Positions 1-10,638 of a DNA stretch of 64,000 bases are shown here, piece by piece. A program made the translations under genes and the position numbers. Each line of letters starts with the position of its first letter. Positions within the stretch are counted from its first letter, which is position 1. The notes beneath the pieces were generated by a model that worked only from the letters and a program-made list of their open reading frames with translations, was not told where the DNA came from and did no database searches. This stretch comes from Macrostomum lignano. Its lineage: Eukaryota. Where the stretch lies: the NCBI GenBank assembly GCA_002269645.1, contig NIVC01000301.1, positions 604,460 to 668,459 on the forward strand. Direction: 5' to 3'.

Positions 1-76
1 CGGTAGCAGATCTTTGCCGGAGAATTCCTTCTTCTCCTTGTTCAGCAGCGTCAGGTCGATGGGCTTGATCGGCATC
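1..76 (-). CDS. Partial coding exon of an unidentified gene running off the left end (MPIKPIDLTLLNKEKKEFSGKDLLP...)
   Basis: Minus strand: acceptor-like ctcaaacag|g then ATG at 75-73. The frame is open with strongly GC3-biased codons (ccg atc aag ccc atc gac ctg acg ctg ctg aac aag gag aag aag), like the real exons in this window. No recognisable homology. Confidence 0.35.
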
Positions 77-589
77 CTGTTTGAGCGGATTTCCAGGCTT
101 TTCAGGGAGGCAGGTGAGGAGCAGGAGAGATGCCAAGGCGGCTGTGTCCAGTCCCGACAGTTCAACAATATATTATGCCAGACAAGCGAGGGAAGAGTTG
201 CCATTGGTAACAAACTGCCGAGAGGGGTATGCAGGCTGTACGCCAAATGTACATTTGGACTGATGGGGGAGAGGGGAGGGACAGAGAATGCAGAGTACGT
301 ACTGCAGTTTTCACGCACTCCGGTGTCGAGTGGCCTGCGCGCACTGGTCGGTCCAGTAGGGGGGGTAGAATGAGCTGCAGTCTCATGGGAAGAGAATTTT
401 TTCTCCCAAGAGAGAATCAAATCGATTTCCAAAGCACATCGCAATGCACTGCAATACATGTATTTTAACAAATGGAAAATTCCACAAAGCGACGTGGCTA
501 GATCGTGTCGCCATCATGAGTCACTGAACTGGGATTTTTTTATTGCATGCGTTTGTGCAAAATATTACATGCACTTTTAATCAACTTCG

Positions 590-1075
590 GCCCGACCACA
601 GACTACAGAAATGAATTTATTCCCCACATAGGCCTGGCCATAAACTACGGAAACGAATTTATTCCCCACATGGACCCGGCCATAGACTACAGAAACGAAT
701 TTATTCCCCACATAGTCCCGGCCATAGACTACAGAAACGAATTTATTCCCCACATAGTCCCGGCCATAGACTACAGAAACGAATTTATTCCCCACATAGT
801 CCCGGCCATAGACTACAGAAACGAATTTATTCCCCACATAGTCCCGGCCATAGACTACAGAAACGAATTTATTCCCCACATAGGCCCGGCCATAGACTAC
901 AGAAACGAATTTATTCCCCACATAGGCCCGGCCATAGACTACAGAAACGAATTTATTCCCCACATAGTCCCGGCCATAGACTACAGAAACGAATTTATTC
1001 CCCACATAGGCCCGGCCATAGACTACAGAAATGAATTTATTCCCCACATAGACCTGTGCATAGATTACAGAAAAC
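590..1075. repeat. 42-bp minisatellite (GACTACAGAAACGAATTTATTCCCCACATAGTCCCGGCCATA), about 11 copies
   Basis: Direct tandem periodicity; explains the DYRNEFIPHIVPAI ORF. Confidence 0.95.
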
Positions 1076-1563
1076 AAATGTAATCTTTCTTTGGAATTGA
1101 ATTCAATCGAAGTTCTTGTACGGTTTAATTTAGAATTCAAATTTGTTTAAAATTCAGGGCGAAATGGTTTATTGCATAACTAATGTGCCAGTATATATTA
1201 GCATTGTTCAAGCGACCTTTGTGCCTGATGAGCAGCAAAGACTAGTCTGCATAAGGCATCATCTTCAATATCTCTCGTAGAATCAATCTGGTTGGCTCGG
1301 AAGCAGCAACCGCACCGGAATGTTAACACATCGGGGACCTCCCTGAGACCCGGCGAGTTCAATGATCCCCGATCATTGCCAAATAAATAACAAGGGCACT
1401 CGCCAGCCAAGACCGATTTAGGATTGAGAAATCCAGTCAAAACTAGCAATACAAATTGATTTAAAATTGCCAGTTCGGTAGCGCAGCTCGGTGTCAATAT
1501 ATTTAGGCTAGCAGAAATGCTCAGGCTCGAGTAACGGTCGATCATCAAGAGGCAATTCGCACT

Positions 1564-4500
1564 TCACCTGCCCCTGCCACCGCCGCCTTTCCGCTTGCCG
1601 CCCTTCCGGTTCGTCAGCTTGTTCCGCTCGCGAGTTATGCGCGCCTTCACAATCTGCTCCACGCTTTTGCGCTCCGACTGCTGCTGCCCACCTTTCTTTC
1701 CTGGGCGGCCGCCTGGCGCCGCCGCTGCTGCTGCCGCCGCGGCCGCTGTAGGACCGTGCCGCTTACGCTGCAGACCCAGGACGCGCATGCCGCCACGGCC
1801 ACCGCCGCCTCCCCGACCTTCTCCGTCGCTGCCGGCGCCGTCATCGTCAGCGCCGTCCTCGCCGCCGCCTCCTAGCGCCTCCGCATCGCCGCCGCCGATA
1901 TCGGGGTTCCGCTTGCGCCACTTGGCGTAGCGGTCGGTCTTGTAGGAGGCCGGCACCAGCTGGCCGCTCTCCGTCCGCACCATCAGCCGCTTGGCCGCCG
2001 ACGGGCCGCCGCCGGCCGCCGAATCTGCCGACACGAACTTCTTCCGCTTTCGGTCCCAGATCCGACCGCCGGCGCCCGGCGCCCGTCCGCCGCGGCGCAT
2101 CTGGTCGGTCTCATCAGCCAGGATGTCCATACTGTGCCGCTGCAGGTCCTGCGCCAAGCCGCGCTCCGTCGCCGCCGTGGCCTCGTCGCGGGTGTACGGC
2201 ATGAAGAAGCCGCCGGCGCCGCTGGCTTTGATGTCGCCGCTGTCGGCGCCGTCTGCGTTGGATCCGGTTGCGACCGCCGCCGCCTCCCGTTTGCCTCCGC
2301 CACGCAGTGCGGCATCAAGCCAGCCGGCCGGCCGCTTCTGAGTCTTGGCCTGCAGATACAAAAATGCGATCAATACTACTCAAAACAGAAAGTAAGTAGT
2401 GTAGAAAAGATTGGAAATACTGATAAACACCGCGGCCCTCACCTTTTCAATGACTCGACGATTCTTTTGTCGGAATTTTTGCATCACCTCGGCAACAGCG
2501 GCCGGTGCGTTCTTCGTCTCGAACACCGTGGCCCGGGCTCGGTAAGCTCTGCGGGGCGGGCTCTGCTTGGTTAATAGTGCCGGACACTCACTCTGACACT
2601 GACGGACACTCACCCAGACACTGGCCGGACACTCGCCATGACACTGACGGACACCAACCCAGACACTGGCCGGACACTAACCCAGACACTGGCCGGACAC
2701 TCACCCAGACACTGGCCGGACACTAACCCAGACACTGACGGACACTAACCCAGACACTGGCCGGACACTCACCCAGACACTGGCCGGACACTCACCCAGA
2801 CACTGGCCGGAAACTCACCCAGACACTGGCCGGACACTAACCCAGACACTGGCCGGACACTCACCCAGACACTGGCCGGAAACTCACCCAGACACTGGCC
2901 GGACACTCACCCCGACACCGTTCTGAAAGCCCGCAGCTCACCTGATCTGCTTAAGCACATCATCCTTGGCGCTGGTTAGCTCCGCAAACATCGGGTGCGG
3001 CTGCAGGTCGAGCTGGCCGGTCCGTCGGGCCTCCTTGCACTTGGCCACCGCCTGCCGGCTGGCGCCCGGCCTTGACCGGACATAGTGCTCCATGGCGCGC
3101 TTGGCGCAATCCAGCTGGGCGCGCAAATCGGCGCTGATGTCGTGTCGATGCCGGCACCAATCAGCGAATTCTTCCACGGCGGCGGCGGGCACGCAGCCGA
3201 CCAGGTCGCCGGGTTCGTCCGGCTGAATCGGCGGTTCGCCCGGCGCCGCGCGGAGGTAGCGAAGGCGCCTGGCGCCGAGGAACAACTCAAGGTCGAACAG
3301 GTAGGCCAGCTCGTCTGGCGCCAGCAGCGACACGGCGCGGCCCGGCCGGCCGGCTCGAGCAACCCGGCCAACCCGGTGGACGAAGAGCTTCTCCCTGGGC
3401 GGGAAGTGAAAATTCACGACGTTGTTGAGGCGCGGCAGGTCGAGGCCGCGGGCGGCCAGGTCGGTGGTGACAAGGACGTGCCGCTCGCCGCACCGGAAGT
3501 TGGCAGCGTGAATCCGACGGGCCGCCGGGTCCAGGGAGGAGTACAGGTAGGTCACCGAGATGCTGGCGTCCTGGGATAGCACCTGGGGGGTGCGGGGTGT
3601 TGAGCTGGTTCTTGAGCACTTTTATCATAGGCAAATGTGAGACGAAATTGATCAATAAAAAGCCTGAGAGATCCTTGCTAATTGCCAGCACATTAAAAAT
3701 CCCAGATCGCGAACCTGATATAGCCACTCCACGTGGTGCTTAGTGGCCACGAACACAATGGTGAGCTCCTGGCCCTTCAGCGCCGTGTGCAGCAGGTGCA
3801 GCAGCACCGGCAGTTTGTCTTCGTCGCGGCACAGCAGGAAGCTGGCGGTCAGCTGGTCGGACAGCTTGGCGTCCAGGTCCAGACGGACCAGCAGGGGGTC
3901 GGACAGGCCGGCCCTGGCGAACTCGGCCACCGACTGCGGCAGGGTGGCGCTGAACAGCAGCGTCTGGCGCTGGGTTGGCAGCCGGCTGAGCAGCAGCTGC
4001 AGCTGCTCCTGGAAGCCCAGCTCGAATAGGCGGTCGCATTCGTCCAGCACCAGGATCTCCACCTTGCTCAGCCTGCGGTCGGGCGGGAGCGGGATTTGAG
4101 TTGGGACTTGCAGTGGGATTCCTACCTTAGGGATTGGGACTCTCACCATAGGGATTGTGATTCTTACCTTAGGGATTGGGATTCTCACCATAGGGATTGG
4201 GATTCTTACCTTAGGGATTGGGATTCTTACCTTAGGGATTGGGATTCTTACCATAGGGATTGGGATTCTTACCTTAGGGATTGGGATTCTTTCCTTAGGG
4301 ATTGGGATTCTCACCAAAGGGATTGGGATTCTTACCTTAGGGATTGGGATTCTTACCCGATGGATTGGGATTCTTACCCGATGGATTGGGATTCTCACCA
4401 TAAGAATTGGGATTCTTACCATAGGGATTAGGATTCTACAATAGGGTTTGGGATTCTTAACTTAGGGATCAAGATTCTACAATAGGGATTGGGATTCTCC

Positions 4501-5286
4501 CCTTAGAGATAGGGATTGTTACTATAGGCATTAGGATTCTTACCTTAGGGATTGGGATTCTCACCATAAGAATTGGGATTCTTACCATAGGGATTAGGAT
4601 TCTACAATAAGGTTTGGGATTCTTAACTTAGGGATCAAGATTCTACAATAGGGATTGGGATTCTCCCCTTAGAGATTGGGATTCTTACCTTAGGGATTGG
4701 GATTCTTACCATAGGAGTTGGGATTCCTAAATTACTTTAGACATAAACAAAACCTGAGCAGGTCTCACTTGGCGTCCATCTCAGTGAGCAGGTGCAGCAG
4801 CCGGCCCGGACAGGCCACAACAATGTCCGGATTGCTGTGCAGGGCGCTGAACTGCCGCTCCATGCTGTCGCCGCCCAGCACCAGAGCCACGGTGAGGTCG
4901 GTGAAGCGGCCCAGGGCCCGGCAGAAGTCCAGAGTCTGCAGCGCGAGCTCCCGGGTCGGGCTGAGCACCAGAGCTCGGGCGCCGTTGCACTGGTGAGCCC
5001 GCAGGCGCTCCAGCAGCGGCACCAGGAAGGCGGCGGTCTTGCCAGAGCCGGTGCGCGCCATGGCGACGACATCCCTGCCGGCCAGGATGTGCGGCATGGT
5101 CTTGCGCTGGATCGGGGTGGGCACCCGGTAGCCTTTGCGCACGATGCCCTTGTACACTGGCGCCGACAGGCCCAGCGACTGGAAGCCACCGGACTTCCGC
5201 TGCTTCCGATTCCGGCTGGCGATGGCCGAGCGGGACTCCGCCCGCTCCGCCGACAAGGCGGCGTCCTCAACGACTGCCGGGGTCGA
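1564..5286 (-). CDS. DDX54: ATP-dependent RNA helicase DDX54/DBP10 (5 coding exons; start codon unresolved)
   Basis: Exons 5286-4769, 4072-3715, 3582-2942, 2548-2443 and 2349-1564 join in frame via GT-AG introns (2409 nt). Motifs: Q motif (SGGFQSLGL...[11 protein letters not shown]), [17 protein letters not shown], motif [32 protein letters not shown], and the DBP10-type C-terminus (WDRKRKKFV...[20 protein letters not shown]). Candidate AATAAA at 1173-1168. Confidence 0.93.
2579..2918. repeat. 23-bp intronic minisatellite (GGACACTCACCCAGACACTGGCC)
   Basis: Tandem periodicity inside DDX54 intron 2941-2549. Confidence 0.9.
4101..4716. repeat. 21-bp intronic minisatellite (TAGGGATTGGGATTCTTACCT)
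   Basis: Tandem periodicity inside DDX54 intron 4768-4073. Confidence 0.92.
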
Positions 5287-5324
5287 CTGCGGGCGGCGGT
5301 AAAGTGCATCGATAATCCAGCAGG

Positions 5325-5785
5325 GAGTTGGGGTAATCCGGTAGTGGGTTGGAGTAATCAAGTGGGTGGGTTGGGGTAATCCGGTAGGGGTTTGGGTAAT
5401 CCGCAAGGGGGTTGGGGTAATCTAGTGGGTGGGTTGGGGTAATCCGGTAGAGGGTTGGAGTAATCCGGTAGAGGGTTGGGGTAATCCGGTAGGGGGTTGG
5501 GGTAATCCGGTAGGGGGTTGGGGTAATCCGGTAGGGTTTTGGGGTAATCCGGAAGGGGGTTGGGGTAATCCGGTAGGGGGTTGGGGTAATCCGGTAGGGG
5601 GTTGGGGTAATCCGGTAGGGGGTTGGGGTAATCTGGTAGGGGGTTGGGGTAATCCGGTAGGGGGTTGGGGTAATCTGGTAGGGGGTTGGGGTAATCCGGT
5701 AGGGGGTTGGGGTAATCCGGTAGGGGGTTGGGGTAATCCGGTAGGGTTTTGGGGTAATCCGGCAGGGGGTTGGGGTAATCCGGAA
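5325..5785. repeat. 21-bp G-rich minisatellite (GGGGTAATCCGGTAGGGGGTT)
   Basis: Tandem periodicity just upstream of the first DDX54 coding acceptor. Confidence 0.92.
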
Positions 5786-6136
5786 GAGATTGAGAATTGG
5801 GGCACTAGGAACAATCCTTATGGCACGCAAGACCATCAGTGGTTAATGAAACCACTAAAGGATTAAGACAGCAATAAAAAGTCCAATTAAAGCAGCAAAC
5901 AGCTGACTAAACAGCAACGGTAACTCTTGAATAAGACCTAAGATTCACGGGTTTATTGAATTACTCGCAAAGCATACATTAGTACAAAAATAGACCAAGT
6001 AAAAATGCAGCTGCGCTTATAAATTGAAGCGAAAAACAGACGAGCAAAAATGTAAATTGCAAAAGAAACAAAAATGCAGGGGGGCTGACAGACCCCCTTA
6101 AAAATAATATAAATACAGATAGAGAGCGGCAGGTGG

Positions 6137-8118
6137 TCACGTGAACAGATCGTCAAACAGACGGTCAGCCTGGGAGGCGCTGTCGCCAGCATTAGAGGCC
6201 TGCCCCTGAAATCCGACACGACCTCCCCGACCGGTGGACTTCGCCTTCCGCCGCGACTCGCCGATTCCGTCATTGGCGTCGTCCTCGGCCTCCAGCAAGT
6301 CGAAGACGCTGCCGTGGCCGCCGCCGTCGCTGCCACTGCCGGCAATCTTTCTGGTGTCTTCGGTGCTGACGGAGCCGCCGCTGATGCCGCCGCCGCTGTC
6401 GCGGGCAACAAGCCGAGTGATGAGCGGCGATCTGGCGGCCAACGAGCCCGACGCCTGCTGGCTGACCGACCGAGCAGCAGCCGACTTGGCAACGAAGCGC
6501 TTGAAGTTCGGAACCACCCGGCCGCGCCACACGGCCTGGTTGGGCCCGGCGGGGGAGGCGGCGGGCTGCGGCGTCAGCGGCTTCGGCTTGGCGGAGATCA
6601 GCGACCGCTTGTTGACGCGCATGTAGCGCGGCTCCTCGGCGGCCAGGGGGAACTCGCTGAGGGTCAGCTCGGCGGCAGGTGGCTTGCGCAGCGACTGCTT
6701 GTCTGGCGGCGCTGGACCGATGTTTGTCTTCACCTCGGATAGTGGCGCCAGCAGTGGTGCCGGCTTTGGCGCCGGCTTCTCCGGAGAGTCGGCGGCTGTT
6801 TTGCTGAAGTACTGCAGCATGCTGGCCTGTCGCTTGGCCTGCGGAGCAGCGGCGTCCGACGGTTCGCCTTTGCGCCGCCGGCTGCCGGCCAGGCCGACCG
6901 ACTCGTTGGCTGCCGGCTTCTTCACCGGTGACGGCGACTGGCTGCACAGGCGCTTCGGTGCCGGCCTCGGGGCCGCCGGTTCCACAGCGGGGCTGCTGCC
7001 ATCGTCCGCGAATAGCGACAGAATGCCGCGGCCAGCGACTCCGCTTTCGGTTCCGCTTCCGGCTTCGTTTTTGACTTCCCCTTTGTCGCAGCCGTCGGCC
7101 GCACTGGCCGATGCCGACGGAGCTTCGGACAGTCGTGGCCGGCGCCTGTCCGGCTGGACGCATTCGGCGTCGACCTCGCTAGCAATAGCTATGGACGAAC
7201 GCTTGCGCGGTTGCTGCTGTGGCTGCTGCTGCTGCTCGGAGGCCTGGGTGGAGGTGTCCAGCAGGCTGGGGTCGCAGGGGGCGCACGGGTTGCAGACCAG
7301 GTCGGTGCGGCAGGCCAGCACGGCCCAGCAGATCTCCAGCTCCAGCACTGGCCGGCGGCTCGCAGACCTCAGGAGGCTGAAGACCCGCCCGGTCCAGTCC
7401 GAGTACGCGGGGCCGGCCGAGGCCGACCGGACAACCAGGACGGTGTCATCCGCCAAATCGGCCAGCTGCAGGCCGACGGCGAGCAGCGCTGACTCCGAGT
7501 GGGCGGCCAAGGCGACTCCTCCGGCCGCCTGGACGATGTCGCCGAACCGGCCGAGGCCGTCCGGACGAAGGAAACAGCAGCGCCGGCCGGACAGCAGGCG
7601 GCGTCGCTTCGGCTGGGGTCCAAAGTCGACGCTGTCGGCCAGCGGGCCGGACAGCAGGGCGGCCTCGGACACGGCCGGCCGAAATCGCTCGGGAAGTGGG
7701 GGCGGTTGGCCGGCCTGGACAGCCGCGGCCAGGTGGGTGAGAAAGTCGGGCAGCACGGGAGCGGCCAGGTGCAGCAGGCCGAGCACCAGCTTGGCCGTCA
7801 CGGTCAGCCGCGGCATCACCAGCAGGTCGGCGCCGTCTCTGGCGTCGTCCACCACCCGGCCGCCGAGCCGCTGCAGCGTTGTGGTGGCCGTCTGCCGGCT
7901 GGCCTCGCTTAGCGCTGAGAAGCAGACTCGGAGGCCTTGGCGCCTGAGGCGGCAGACCGCGCCCAGGCTAGGGTCGGAGTCCCCGAATTCCAGCTGATCG
8001 CCCGGCCTGGCGGGGAAGGCGAATGCGGCGAAATCAATAACAGACAGACAGCCGGACAGACAGACAGACAGTCAGACAGACAGCCGGACAGACAGACAGA
8101 CAGTCAGACAGACAGCCG

Positions 8119-8162
<44 letters not shown>

Positions 8163-8195
8163 TACAGACAGACAGACAGACAGACAGACACCCGA

Positions 8196-8246
<51 letters not shown>

Positions 8247-8251
8247 CCCGA

Positions 8252-8302
<51 letters not shown>

Positions 8303-8324
8303 TACAGACAGACAGACACCCCGA

Positions 8325-8355
<31 letters not shown>

Positions 8356-8356
8356 T

Positions 8357-8403
<47 letters not shown>

Positions 8404-8571
8404 GCCGGACAGACAGCAGCTGTAACAGACAGACAGCCAGACAGACAGACAGACAGCCGGACAGACAGACAGACAGCCGGACAGACAGCAGCTGTGACAG
8501 ACAGACAGACAGACAGCCAGACAGGCAGGCAGACAGCCGGACAGACAGACAGCCGGACAGACAGACAGCCG

Positions 8572-8603
<32 letters not shown>

Positions 8604-8604
8604 T

Positions 8605-8643
<39 letters not shown>

Positions 8644-8980
8644 TCCAGACAGACAGACAGACAGCCGGACAGACAGCAGCTGTGACAGACCCATAAAACA
8701 GTTCACAGACTCACCGAACGGTGACCCCGGCGGGCCCGGCAGGCGCGGCATCGCAGCCGTTGACGCGGGTGCCGTACCGGGAGGCCAGGTCAGCCAGTAT
8801 GAGCAAGCCCGGCTCCGGGCCCGGCCGGAGCTCGGCGTGCACCCGGCTGACGGACTTGCAGTCCAGGTGCAGCTGCACTTTGCTCTTCAGGCGGCCGATA
8901 TGGGCCCGGCTGCCCGGCTGGTCCATGGGCGGCAGGTAGAGGCACCGGTCCGACTCCTGCAGTTCCAGGTACCACAGCAT
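6137..8980 (-). CDS. NBN: Nibrin / NBS1 (MRN complex subunit), 2 exons, about 711 aa
   Basis: Exons 8980-8715 and 8006-6137 join in frame (cg|gtgagt ... ccag|g). N-terminal FHA (IGR...SVSRVHA...DLASRYGTRVNG), tandem BRCT-like region (LQRLGGRVV...LLVMPRLTVTAKLVLGLL...PVLELEICWAVL), Mre11-binding-like VPNFKRF, and acidic C-terminal DRLFDDLFT resembling the ATM-binding tail. AATAAA at 5957-5952. Confidence 0.85.
8041..8690. repeat. (CAGA)n microsatellite with variants, filling the NBN intron
   Basis: Direct sequence. Confidence 0.95.
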
Positions 8981-9139
8981 GGCCGGTGGAATGCTGAAGA
9001 GTGCGGCAGGTCGCTTCAAGTTAGTGCGGAGGACTACCATTGGCTAGACCGATGGGCACAGCATCCGGGGATTAAAAGATGAAGGACGGGTGGCCGAATC
9101 AGATTGAAATATGCAGATTTTAGGGACAGGATCTATGTT

Positions 9140-9219
9140 TCTATCTACCTATTTATCCATCTATCATCAATCAATCAATCAATCTATCTATCTACCTACC
9201 TACCTATCTATCTATCTAC

Positions 9220-9250
<31 letters not shown>

Positions 9251-9299
9251 CCTACCTATCTATCTATCTACCTATCTATCTATCTATCTATCTATCTAC

Positions 9300-9338
<39 letters not shown>

Positions 9339-9359
9339 CCTACCTATCTATCTATCTAC

Positions 9360-9412
<53 letters not shown>

Positions 9413-9531
9413 ATCAATCTATCTATCTATCATCAATCTATCTATCTATCTATCTATCTATCTGTCTATCTATCTATCTATCTATCTACCTATCTATCTA
9501 TCTATCTATCTATATATCTATCTACCTATTG

Positions 9532-9568
<37 letters not shown>

Positions 9569-9580
9569 CCTATCTAATCG

Positions 9581-9643
<63 letters not shown>

Positions 9644-9700
9644 CATCTATCTATCTATCTACCTATCTATCCATCTATCTATCTATCATCAATCTATCCA
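9140..9700. repeat. (TATC)n microsatellite
   Basis: Direct sequence. Confidence 0.95.
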
Positions 9701-10094
9701 ATGAAAGAACCAAAGCTTCGCACGCACAGTTCTTATCAATTAAAAATCGCTGAACAGCTGTCAGTTTATTAGCATAAATTTGGCGTAAAATGCGACACCC
9801 AATTAATACAAACGGATTAGCAGAGACAGAGCACAAAGACACACGAGTTGCCCATAGAAATTTGATTTTAAAATTGTATACAAACTTGTCATTCGATTTG
9901 TAAATGTGAATTTAATACGAAAAATGCGATTAGTTAAGAAATATTAATTGCTGATTGCAAATATTTTATGTAGGATACGGATGATATACTAGTAAAATGA
10001 TTCCGGTAATGCTCGCATGCCATACTCAATACTGTGAGTAGAAAGCCAGGATTTTTTTAGTCTGGCTGAAAAGAGGATTTTGGAATTGAGATAT

Positions 10095-10565
10095 CGGGAT
10101 CTCATAGTCAAACTGGCATCCCATGATCAGACTGAGATCTCATGATCAGACTGGGATCTCATAGTCAGACTGGGATCTCATGGTCAGACTGGGATCTCAT
10201 GGTCAGACTGGGATCTCATAGTCAGACTGGGATCTCATAGTCAGACTGGGATCTCATAGTCAGACTGGGATCTCATAGTCAAACTGGGATCCCATGATCA
10301 GACTGAGATCTCATGGTCAGACTGGGATCTCATAGTCAGACTGGGATCTCATGGTCAGACTAGGATCTCATAGTCAGACTGGGATCTCATGGTCAGACTG
10401 GGATCTCATAGTCAGACTGGGATCTCATAGTCAGACTGGGATCTCATAGTCAGACTGGGATCTCATAGTCAGACTGGGATCTCATAGTCAAACTGGGATC
10501 TCATGGTCAGACTGGGATCTCATGGTCAGACTAGGATCTCATGATCATACTGGGATCTCATGGTG
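10095..10565. repeat. 20-bp minisatellite (GTCAGACTGGGATCTCATAG)
   Basis: Tandem periodicity. Confidence 0.92.
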
Positions 10566-10638
10566 CCTGGATTTACAGGAGTTGGGATCTGGGATAATTC
10601 CACAGTCTATTTATTGTTAACCTTGTCAGCCGAAATCG

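Noticed and set aside
6684-7997. 437-aa plus-strand ORF
   Set aside because: Antisense shadow of the GC-rich NBN exon; no recognisable domain.
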